Source of the DNA: an uncultured Erysipelotrichaceae bacterium
GTDB lineage: Bacteria; Bacillota_I; Bacilli_A; RF39; UBA660
Assembly (NCBI GenBank): GCA_902764145.1
Contig: CACWUS010000004.1
Span: forward strand, 8,997-72,996
Length of the DNA: 64,000 bases
Direction: 5' to 3'
Below are positions 20,802 to 29,204 of this stretch, piece by piece. Position numbers and translations under genes: made by a program. Below the pieces are notes generated by a model that worked only from the letters and a program-made list of their open reading frames with translations, did no database searches and had not been told where the DNA came from. Each line of letters opens with the position of its first letter. Positions within the stretch are counted from its first letter, which is position 1.

Positions 20802-21842
20802 TTAATATGTAATTTTAGTTCCTCCCCACTCTACAACTGTAAAGCCAGTTCTTTCTACTCTATTTAACTTTTGTTCATTTATATTAATAATGTTTTCAAG
20901 TGGCATATAAGTCATATAAACTCTAATTATAGTATCAGGTTTAGGTGTTATTTCTAATGGCATATAATTATTTATAAATTCTTCACTTTCAAACCTAATA
21001 TAATTATATTTATTACTCTCTAATTTAGGTAAATAATAAATAATAAATTCATTACTTTCTCTTTCATTTAAACCCAATATACTAAGTTTATTTTCTAAAA
21101 ACTCAATAGTATTTTCTCCTTTAACAACAAATCCTTCATTACTAAATTTAGGTTTATAATTTTTACCTTCCCAATATAAACCATATAGTTCTCTATTAGT
21201 ATTATTATCAATTAATTTACCATTTGGATATGCTTTAACATTCCATCCATTTATATATTTTGGATAACTAGTAGTAATATTATTACTATTTGATAATACT
21301 ACATTAACATCCATTTCATACTTAGGATATAAATAAATTAAAGGTTTATATACAACATTATTATCACATTCTTCAGATGATACTAAAATATCATTTCTAA
21401 CTAAATTTAATTTTTCAATACTTTTATCTATCTTAAGCAAATAATAATTATATTCCGGTGCACACAAACCACATCTTGTTTTATATTTAACTGTTACATT
21501 TATTGTTCCATCATTAATACTATAATCAGTTGGTAAAACATCATACTCTCTACAACCCATTACATTAATAGATAAAAGAAAATAATTATTATTTTCAAAA
21601 TCTTTTTCAGTTAACATATTACTTTTTGTAACATCATAGTAATCACTATAGTTACTAAAAACTTGACTATCTAATTTTATATCTTCTTGATTTCTTTCAT
21701 ATATTATAAAGTCTTTATGCAATTTATATTCAGTTATAATAGGTTCTTCTGGATTATCCTTTTTAACTGTTAAAGCTATTATTAATCCAACCATAACTAC
21801 AAATACTAACAAACAAATTAAATATAAATACTTATTTTTCAT
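20802..21842 (-). CDS. Conserved exported protein (KPxIYLYP ... GFTVVEWGG family)
   Basis: N-terminal TM; YKPLIYLYP, LYWEG, EFIIYYLP, RTGFTVVEWGG. Confidence 0.7.
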   Translation of the reverse strand: MKNKYLYLICLLVFVVMVGLIIALTVKKDNPEEPIITEYKLHKDFIIYERNQEDIKLDSQVFSNYSDYYDVTKSNMLTEKDFENNNYFLLSINVMGCREYDVLPTDYSINDGTINVTVKYKTRCGLCAPEYNYYLLKIDKSIEKLNLVRNDILVSSEECDNNVVYKPLIYLYPKYEMDVNVVLSNSNNITTSYPKYINGWNVKAYPNGKLIDNNTNRELYGLYWEGKNYKPKFSNEGFVVKGENTIEFLENKLSILGLNERESNEFIIYYLPKLESNKYNYIRFESEEFINNYMPLEITPKPDTIIRVYMTYMPLENIININEQKLNRVERTGFTVVEWGGTKITY

Positions 21843-21850
21843 AAAAACAC

Positions 21851-22255
21851 CTACTTTATTTTATCATCATATATTTTTGATAAACTATCATAATAACTAG
21901 ATTCAATTTCATCTTTTTTTAAATATTCATTTATATCATTTAAATCATTATCAAGTGTTTCTTTATCTTCAATATCATATTCATCAAACAATCCATTACT
22001 ATAGTCTTCTAATATTTCCTTATATGTATCAAAAAAATATTCATCATATAAATCATTTTTAACCATAAATAAACACATAGATACAATATTATAGAATTCT
22101 TCTAATGGATCATCAAAATGCTCTTTTTTTAGATCAACATCTATTATATGATCATTTACTTCCTCTATGTTATCCACATCTATTTTATCAAAATGGTTAT
22201 AATAGTGAAATATATCATTTTTTCTTCTAGAGTAAGTAATGTTTAATTTTTTCAT
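21851..22255 (-). CDS. Small acidic hypothetical protein (immunity-protein-like)
   Basis: ORF track; D/E/Y-rich; 9 bp downstream of the GH73 fusion gene, with a GGAGG RBS. Confidence 0.6.
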   Translation of the reverse strand: MKKLNITYSRRKNDIFHYYNHFDKIDVDNIEEVNDHIIDVDLKKEHFDDPLEEFYNIVSMCLFMVKNDLYDEYFFDTYKEILEDYSNGLFDEYDIEDKETLDNDLNDINEYLKKDEIESSYYDSLSKIYDDKIK

Positions 22256-22264
22256 AGTTTCCTC

Positions 22265-23326
22265 CTAATAATCATATTGAGTCAAATTATATGTATTAAT
22301 TATAGATTGTATTTTAGGAGCATAAGTTTGAGAACCACCTGCATAAGCACCTAAGTAACTAGCAGCACCTAAAGCATCATGATTAGCACATTTAGCTAAA
22401 AAATTACCATAAACATTTGTATAATTTTGAAAATATGCATAATGATAATAAGTTGCTTCATAGAAGTTATCAAATTGTCTTAAAACACCAACTTTAGGTT
22501 TATTACCAGGATAACCAATTAATCCATAAACATTATGAGTAGTATTTATAAAACTATTTCCATAACCAGATTCTAAACATGCCTGAGCAATTGTAATACT
22601 AGGAAGAACTCCTCCATATTCAGCATAAATAAGTCTAGCAGCAGAAGCAATAAACTCAATAAACTCTTGATTAGACATATTTTTAACTTGCTGTTCACCC
22701 ATATCAATTATTTCAGCTTTTGTATACTTTCCATCTGGATTTATTGAACCACCAGATGTAGGAGAAAGACCACTTCCACTACTTCCCCCACTACTACCAT
22801 TACCACCATTATCTCCTGCTTTTTTTCTTTCTTCTTCTTTTTTCTTTCTTTCTTCTTGTGCCTTTATAATCTCATCATTAATACTAACTAATTCTTTTTC
22901 TAAACTACTCTTAACACCTTCATCATCAAGCTTACTAACTGCAGTTCTAGCAACAGTAAATAAACCAGTATTTAAAGTATTCTTTGCATCTAAAACATAT
23001 TGCTTTGCTTGAGCAACATACGCTTCATTTACACCATCTTTAGTAGCACTTTTAAAACAACTCACATATTCATTATTAGAGCCAACTAAATTAGCAAGAA
23101 TACTTACAAACGTAGGTATCAAAAAAATAAGTATTGCTGCTATTACTTTTCTTATTAAACTTTTTAATGTGTCATTAACTTCACCTTGCATAGTTGCTCT
23201 AACAAAACCAATCATTCCAGATATAATCAATATTAAAGGAACAACTATTTTAATAATAGTAATTACTATTTTAACTAATCTAATTATTGAAAGAACCCTA
23301 GGGTCTGAACAAATACTTAAAATCAT
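22265..23326 (-). CDS. VirB2/TrbC-pilin-like membrane hairpin + helical stalk + GH73 glucosaminidase domain
   Basis: IIKIVVPLILIISGMIGFVRA...RKVIAAILIFLIPTFV; Gly/Ser linker; ITIAQACLESGYG...NVYGL...AYAG...YAPKI..II..YNL..YD. Confidence 0.8.
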   Translation of the reverse strand: MILSICSDPRVLSIIRLVKIVITIIKIVVPLILIISGMIGFVRATMQGEVNDTLKSLIRKVIAAILIFLIPTFVSILANLVGSNNEYVSCFKSATKDGVNEAYVAQAKQYVLDAKNTLNTGLFTVARTAVSKLDDEGVKSSLEKELVSINDEIIKAQEERKKKEEERKKAGDNGGNGSSGGSSGSGLSPTSGGSINPDGKYTKAEIIDMGEQQVKNMSNQEFIEFIASAARLIYAEYGGVLPSITIAQACLESGYGNSFINTTHNVYGLIGYPGNKPKVGVLRQFDNFYEATYYHYAYFQNYTNVYGNFLAKCANHDALGAASYLGAYAGGSQTYAPKIQSIINTYNLTQYDY

Positions 23327-23380
23327 ACTTCATCACAAATTAATTATAACATATTAGTACAAAAAAAGAAAAAAAGACTT

Positions 23381-23731
23381 TTAATTTCTTTTTCTTCTTT
23401 TATTCTTTATACTTTTCTTAACCTTTTTTATTATTGGTAATATTTTTTCATAATACTCACTAGTAGGTGGCATATTACTTTGATTTAATTCCAATAACAA
23501 ACTATTAATGTAGTTATATTCTTTATTATAATGTATTTCTAAATAGTGAATAAAATGATGTGAATAACTTGTTAGCAAAGCATAATTACTTATATCATCA
23601 ATTCCATCATCCTCTTTTTTTACTATATGATGACGTGTTAAATCAGATAGAGACTTTATTTCATCACCCATCCAATCTAATGAATATGTATTATAAATTT
23701 TAACCATATTTAAAATATCTTCATTTATCAT
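23381..23731 (-). CDS. Small HNH-like nuclease
   Basis: TRHHIVKKEDDGIDDISNYALLTSYSHHFIH fits the HH-x-N-x-H-x-H pattern; basic tail. Confidence 0.55.
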   Translation of the reverse strand: MINEDILNMVKIYNTYSLDWMGDEIKSLSDLTRHHIVKKEDDGIDDISNYALLTSYSHHFIHYLEIHYNKEYNYINSLLLELNQSNMPPTSEYYEKILPIIKKVKKSIKNKRRKRN

Positions 23732-23834
23732 ACTAATTATATTGTAGCATATTATTTATTTTAATACATATAACAATTTAATTGTATTTTTAATAAATAT
23801 GTGCTAATATGGTAGTTCGCGAGGTGAAAAATAT

Positions 23835-24692
23835 ATGAAAATATTAAATTATTTATTAAAATTTGGATATAGTAAATACTTTATTGTATTAGGTAGATCA
23901 ATATTAATTTATGCTATTTTTAGAGTAATAAATTACGTTATAGTATTATTAACTTCTAAATGGGTTAAAAGAAGTAAAACAAGATTTATGTTTCATCAAA
24001 GCATAAATATTATATTAAATATTATTTGTATAATATTAATTCTAATATTATGGTTTCCATATTTAAAAAATATAATGACTATTATCTCATTTATATCAGC
24101 AGGAATAACAATAGCAATAAGAGATATAATACTAAATTTATTTGCTGGACTTTATATAAAAGTTAAAAAACCATTTAAACTAGAAGATAGAATTAGTATA
24201 GATGGTGTTATTGGAGATGTAGTATTAATAAATAACCTATCTTTTAAAATATTAGAAGTAGGAGATAGAATTAATGGAGAACAAAGTAGCGGATTAATAA
24301 TCAATATACCAAACTCATATGTATTTTCAAAAACATTAAAAAATTATAATACAGCGTTTAAATATATATGGGATGAAATAACAATAAAATTAAATATAGA
24401 TGCTAATTTAGAAAAAAATAAAAAAGAAATAATGAATATTATTAATTCAAATGAAACTGTTTCAGAAATACCAAAAAAGATGAAAAAAGAAATTAAACAA
24501 GCAACAGTCGATTATAGAATATATTATAATCATTTAGATCCAATTATATATACAAAAGTTGTTGATAACTATATAGAATTAAATTTAAGATTTTTAACAC
24601 ATCCTAAAAAAACAAGAATAATAGAAGATTATTTTTGGACTAATTTATTAAAAAAATATAAAGAAAAGAAGATAGATTTATTTGTAAGTTAG
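23835..24692 (+). CDS. mscS: Small-conductance mechanosensitive channel family protein
   Basis: ISAGITIAIRDIILNLFAG, KPFKLEDRI, IPNS motifs. Confidence 0.85.
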   Translation: MKILNYLLKFGYSKYFIVLGRSILIYAIFRVINYVIVLLTSKWVKRSKTRFMFHQSINIILNIICIILILILWFPYLKNIMTIISFISAGITIAIRDIILNLFAGLYIKVKKPFKLEDRISIDGVIGDVVLINNLSFKILEVGDRINGEQSSGLIINIPNSYVFSKTLKNYNTAFKYIWDEITIKLNIDANLEKNKKEIMNIINSNETVSEIPKKMKKEIKQATVDYRIYYNHLDPIIYTKVVDNYIELNLRFLTHPKKTRIIEDYFWTNLLKKYKEKKIDLFVS

Positions 24693-24721
24693 ACTATCTT
24701 CTTTTTTTAATATTATATAAA

Positions 24722-26065
24722 TTATTTTCTTGTTTGATTAAGCATCCATTCTACTACATCATATTCTAATAGTACACCTTCATGAGGAGCAGGATATAAA
24801 CAATTATGACTATGATATTTAGAAAAAGAATGTTTAGAATTACCATTTATACCATTTACTGTTTGTGCAAAACCTGGCATATTTCGTGCTCCATCTCCGC
24901 TACCTACTAAACTCCACATAGGAGTTGTGCTAAATATGTAAGGGCTTACATATTCAGTAGAACATCCAATTGGAACAGCAGCTGAAAAATAATTTTGATA
25001 TGCATTTACTATTGACCATACTCCATAGCATCCATTAGAAAATCCCATAACTGATATTTTTTTAGTATCAGCTTTAAAACCTTCTGCTAATTTATTTAAT
25101 AATTCAACATAAGAATCTCTATATTCTTGAGAACGCTCATTAGATGGTACTTGTGCATGAACAATAATAGCTTGCCAATTTTTATTTCCTTCTATTACTT
25201 CTCTTATTGGTCCTCCCCATATGCTAGCAGTTGTTCCATCAAAATAATCATTTCCCCTACATCCTAAATCATGCATGAAGAATATTATTGGAAGTCCTGC
25301 TTTCATTTCATTAGGTAGTGATAACCAAAATGTAAATTTTTGACCATTACTAGCTTCATAATAATTAACTGTTATATTCTTTTTATATTCTTTAGGAGGA
25401 TGATTTGTAATACTAGAAAGTACTTTTTTTGCATTACCAACACTCTCTTCCTCTATTCTTTTTTTCATTTTTTCAAGTAATGCAAGCAATGATTTTTTAA
25501 ATTCACCATCCTCTAATTTATTTACTTTTTCAAGTAATCTATTATAGTCCTCTTCAGTACCACTTCCAAGAAGTCTATTTACTTCTTCAGATAAATCTAT
25601 TTTCTTTTTAACTTCAACTAATTCCTTCAACAAACTTTCTCTTTTACTATCATCTTTTATTTTTTTAACTTTAGATAATGCAACCTGATAATCAGATTTT
25701 CTTAATTTCTCTTTAGCAGTTTTTACAAGCGCTAAAGCTTCATCATATAAAGCATTATCAATTCCCTCTGAAGTAGCACCTTTAATACAAGACTCATAAT
25801 TAATATTAGCACTACTAATATCATCTATTATTCTAACAAATGTTGGTATTAAAAATATTAATATAGCAGCAATAGTTTTAGTTACTAAACTTTTTAATGA
25901 TTTACTAACCAATTCATTATTTCCTTCTTGCATATTTTTTAATAGCATAATCATAGAACTTATTATTAATATGAGTGGTACAGATATAGTTATTATTCTA
26001 ATTAATATCTTAACAATTCTAAAGATTGATAAAATAGTAGAATTATTACATATACTAAGAATCAT
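24722..26065 (-). CDS. VirB2/TrbC-pilin-like membrane hairpin + helical stalk + alpha/beta-hydrolase (esterase-like) domain
   Basis: N-terminal ~150 aa paralogous to 22265..23326; LPIIFFMH, nucleophile elbow GFSNG, YFSAAVPI, GSGD, HSHNC. Confidence 0.8.
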   Translation of the reverse strand: MILSICNNSTILSIFRIVKILIRIITISVPLILIISSMIMLLKNMQEGNNELVSKSLKSLVTKTIAAILIFLIPTFVRIIDDISSANINYESCIKGATSEGIDNALYDEALALVKTAKEKLRKSDYQVALSKVKKIKDDSKRESLLKELVEVKKKIDLSEEVNRLLGSGTEEDYNRLLEKVNKLEDGEFKKSLLALLEKMKKRIEEESVGNAKKVLSSITNHPPKEYKKNITVNYYEASNGQKFTFWLSLPNEMKAGLPIIFFMHDLGCRGNDYFDGTTASIWGGPIREVIEGNKNWQAIIVHAQVPSNERSQEYRDSYVELLNKLAEGFKADTKKISVMGFSNGCYGVWSIVNAYQNYFSAAVPIGCSTEYVSPYIFSTTPMWSLVGSGDGARNMPGFAQTVNGINGNSKHSFSKYHSHNCLYPAPHEGVLLEYDVVEWMLNQTRK

Positions 26066-26189
26066 TTTACTTCACCATTTAAATTATATAAAAAATATAA
26101 TTATTATTCTAGTTGTAATTAAAAAATAGTTTTTTAAATCTATAAAATTAAAACAATGTGTTATAATGTTGTAAATAGGAGTAACAAAT

Positions 26190-26615
26190 ATGAATTTATT
26201 TAAAAACATAAATTGTAAGAAGATTTTTTACAAAACAATGTTAACTGTATTATTTATTTTATTAATAAGTGGTTGTAAAGATAATCATTGGTATGATTTC
26301 ATTATAAAAGATATACATACAAATGATTATATAATATGTGAATATCCTAAAGAATCCAATGGTGAACAAATATTTTTAATATATGATAATGATAATACAA
26401 ATTTCTTTTATAGTAAAAATGCAATTTATTTATATAATATCCAAAATATAAATTTAGATACATATAAAAATACAAAAGATACTGAAGTAATTAAAAAAGG
26501 TGATGGAGCAATTATAATATATAATATAAAAAGTAACTATAAAGAATATAGTTTTAGTGAACTTAAAAATATTCAAGAAAAAAATGGCGCCGCATGTACT
26601 GAAGTAAATAATTAA
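26190..26615 (+). CDS. Putative lipoprotein
   Basis: Lipobox-like LISGC; AGGAG RBS and TGTTATAAT upstream. Confidence 0.65.
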   Translation: MNLFKNINCKKIFYKTMLTVLFILLISGCKDNHWYDFIIKDIHTNDYIICEYPKESNGEQIFLIYDNDNTNFFYSKNAIYLYNIQNINLDTYKNTKDTEVIKKGDGAIIIYNIKSNYKEYSFSELKNIQEKNGAACTEVNN

Positions 26616-26649
26616 AAATGTGATTGATATTATAGCCAATCACATTTTT
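26614..26649. terminator. Bidirectional terminator
   Basis: aaaaatgtgattg...caatcacattttt. Confidence 0.7.
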
Positions 26650-26667
26650 ATAAGAAACATAATCAAA

Positions 26668-26886
26668 TTATTTTATTCTTATTTTAGATGCTACTAAAGA
26701 AGAAAACAATATTTGTTGAAACTCATTTGATTCTTTTTGATTTAATTTACATGTAGAATCCAATGCTTTAAAAGTATCTTCTAATGCTTTTAATATATTT
26801 TTATTATTTTGCATTCTTTGATATTTAATTTGATTGTTTACTTCTTTAATAAAAATTGAATAATCATATAAATAATTTTCTTTCAT
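26668..26886 (-). CDS. Small hypothetical protein
   Basis: ORF track; strong AGGAGG RBS. Confidence 0.65.
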   Translation of the reverse strand: MKENYLYDYSIFIKEVNNQIKYQRMQNNKNILKALEDTFKALDSTCKLNQKESNEFQQILFSSLVASKIRIK

Positions 26887-27005
26887 AATAACCTCCTTTC
26901 AATTAATATCATAGCAAGCAAAACAGATACAAATAGATACATTATTAAGGATTATTATGAAATTTATAATTTAATTAAGAAAAAGTTATATCATCTTTTT
27001 TGTTA

Positions 27006-27869
27006 TTATTTTTTTTGAAATTCTACGTTGTTTTCTTCTAAAAATTTAATAATTTCGGTAGATGCAATTCCAATACCTAAATTCATAAATGGTGTGTATG
27101 TTACTTTTTTCTTTTCAATACCTCTCATTACAGAAGTGTTTACATCAAAATTCAAATCTAAATGTATTGTCATTGATTGGATACCATATATAATTCCTCC
27201 AGGGCTAAATATTGGACCACCGCTTTGGCCTCTTAAACCAGGTGTACTAGTTTCAAACATAGATATAAATCCATGATCATCCATTATTCCCCTAGTTACT
27301 ATTCCATCCATGGGGAAAAGAGGAAAATTATAATTGCCATTTTCCTTCATAATAATATCATTTAATTCATTTGAATACTCAAACATATCAAATTCTGGAA
27401 AAGCATAACCTAATTTGCATACACTTTGCCCTTGTTCAGGAAAAATTTCACTAAAAACTGGATATGACAATCTTGTAGTTTTAATACCTTTAAATCTCAA
27501 CAATGCTAAATCTAAATATTCATGCGGTATAATTTCCAGGGAGAAATCATCTTTAATATCTAATAAAAAATGTATATGTAATAATGTAGCAACGCCTTTT
27601 TTCAATCCATACTTTTTTTCTATTTTTTTTCTATGATCTTTATTTTTTGCTGATTTTAGATCTTGAATGATTTGTGGATATATACTACTCAAATTACCAC
27701 TCTTTTCAAATTCCTCCGCTATATGTTTACAAGTTAAAATATCACCATTTTCATTTAATATCATCATGGTTCCTCCACCTTGCTCTAAATCATTTGAACC
27801 ATAATATTTTATTATTTCAATAAATGGCAATAAGTATTGTGAATTATCCTTAATACTTTTTTTATACAT
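27006..27869 (-). CDS. Trypsin-like (S1) serine protease, no signal peptide
   Basis: Catalytic triad motifs LTCKHI, DLALL, GQSGGP. Confidence 0.85.
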   Translation of the reverse strand: MYKKSIKDNSQYLLPFIEIIKYYGSNDLEQGGGTMMILNENGDILTCKHIAEEFEKSGNLSSIYPQIIQDLKSAKNKDHRKKIEKKYGLKKGVATLLHIHFLLDIKDDFSLEIIPHEYLDLALLRFKGIKTTRLSYPVFSEIFPEQGQSVCKLGYAFPEFDMFEYSNELNDIIMKENGNYNFPLFPMDGIVTRGIMDDHGFISMFETSTPGLRGQSGGPIFSPGGIIYGIQSMTIHLDLNFDVNTSVMRGIEKKKVTYTPFMNLGIGIASTEIIKFLEENNVEFQKK

Positions 27870-28226
27870 TATTATCTTTCACCTTATCTTCCATGTATTA
27901 TTATAATTTTATTGCTATATTAAGTTATGTATTAATTATATCATAAAAAATGATTTAAATTATCCAGTTTTGCTTTATATTTCAATCACTTTCAAATATA
28001 GTCATAACGTTTTTTAACAATTCAAGTGGGTTTGCTCTTTTCAGGGGGCGACCGAGATTTCAGTGAAAATTTATCATTTTGTCAAATCTTTTGCAAAGCA
28101 TTTTTAGTATATAAAATATAAGGTTTTATCTTATATTATTCATATAATCAGACCACAAGTGAGACCTAAATTTATCATTACAATTTTATTGTAATTTGTT
28201 ATATTTAACATTTAGATACGATGGAA

Positions 28227-28250
28227 ATTAGTCCTAAATACTTGACTAAT
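28227..28250. promoter_or_regulatory. Operator-like inverted repeat overlapping a TTGACT -35-like box upstream of the HTH gene
   Basis: ATTAGTC-N10-GACTAAT; TTGACT at 28242-28247. Confidence 0.45.
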
Positions 28251-28299
28251 ACCAATAAATAAGTGATTAATACAATACCTTTTGAAAGGAGGTATTTGT

Positions 28300-28566
28300 G
28301 TGATTGCTAAAGAAATATTAGAAATAATATCAAAGCCCTGGTGCTCTAATCAAGATATTATGAAGATTGCAAATGTTTCTGCATCAACAGCTAGTAAGAT
28401 TAAACAGTCAATTGAAAAAGAATTTAGAAAGAAAGAACCTAATAAGTTCATGCCTGCTTATTGTATACCTACTAAGGAAGTCATCAAGTATTTTGATCTA
28501 GATATAGAGTTTCTCAAATCAATAGCATACTTTGATAAGGAGATTAACGATGGATTACCTAAATAG
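28300..28566 (+). CDS. Small HTH DNA-binding protein (excisionase/Cro-like, mobile-element type)
   Basis: WCSNQDIMKIANVSASTASKIK helix-turn-helix pattern; GTG start behind AGGAGG. Confidence 0.65.
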   Translation: MIAKEILEIISKPWCSNQDIMKIANVSASTASKIKQSIEKEFRKKEPNKFMPAYCIPTKEVIKYFDLDIEFLKSIAYFDKEINDGLPK

Positions 28567-28825
28567 ATGACTTTTACTTGGAAGATATAGATCAACAACA
28601 ATTATTGATGATAATGTTTCTTGTTTAGTTATTGTTGTAAATGATGAAGATGGAGATTTAACTATTCCAATTATTACTAGCACAGATGTTGCAAAAAAAA
28701 TAATAAACAATTGTGAAGATGATTCTTTAATTGGTATCAAGGGCAAAATAGATGCTGATGAAAATGGATTAATAATCAGAGCAGAAAAAATATCATTTTT
28801 AAGCCATAAAGAAAGAGTCGATTAA
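28550..28825 (+). pseudogene. ssb: Single-stranded DNA-binding protein-like ORF interrupted by an in-frame TGA at codon 7
   Basis: AAGGAG RBS; hand translation MDYLNR*LLLGRY...LTIPII...VAKKIINNCEDDSLIGIKGKID...IRAEKISFLS matches the SSB OB-fold pattern; TGA at 28568-28570. Confidence 0.7.
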
Positions 28826-28839
28826 TTTCGACTCCTTTT
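28811..28839. terminator. Bidirectional terminator
   Basis: gagtcga-ttaatt-tcgactc followed by cttt. Confidence 0.7.
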
Positions 28840-28842
28840 AAA

Positions 28843-29202
28843 TTATATCCTAATAGTATTATGATTAAATACTATTTCCACTAAAATACAAGATGCTATA
28901 TAAACAACCAAATAAACAATTACGAAGATAACAAAATTTGATATTAAAAATCCAAGTAAAGTTATAATTGCAGTTATATAGCAATAGCTTATTAAGTATC
29001 CAATACTTCCTGATGCAGGATCATCTACACCTCTTTGATATCCACACCCTGTTAATATAAAAGCAAAAATATGAATAATTGTGCCACCTATAATTATATT
29101 AAATAGATCAGCATAAACTTCATTGCCAATAATGTTTACATATGGATTCGGTAATAGGAATTGTCTAACAAATGCACTTATTAAATGAATAAGTCTATAC
29201 AT
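28843..29202 (-). CDS. Small multi-TM hypothetical protein
   Basis: ORF track; 3 hydrophobic segments; starts 2 bp after the stop of the 907-aa gene. Confidence 0.7.
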   Translation of the reverse strand: MYRLIHLISAFVRQFLLPNPYVNIIGNEVYADLFNIIIGGTIIHIFAFILTGCGYQRGVDDPASGSIGYLISYCYITAIITLLGFLISNFVIFVIVYLVVYIASCILVEIVFNHNTIRI

Positions 29203-29204
29203 AA

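Noticed and set aside
28555..28746. Minus-strand 63-aa ORF
   Set aside because: Antisense to the ssb-like frame, which has the RBS and family motifs.
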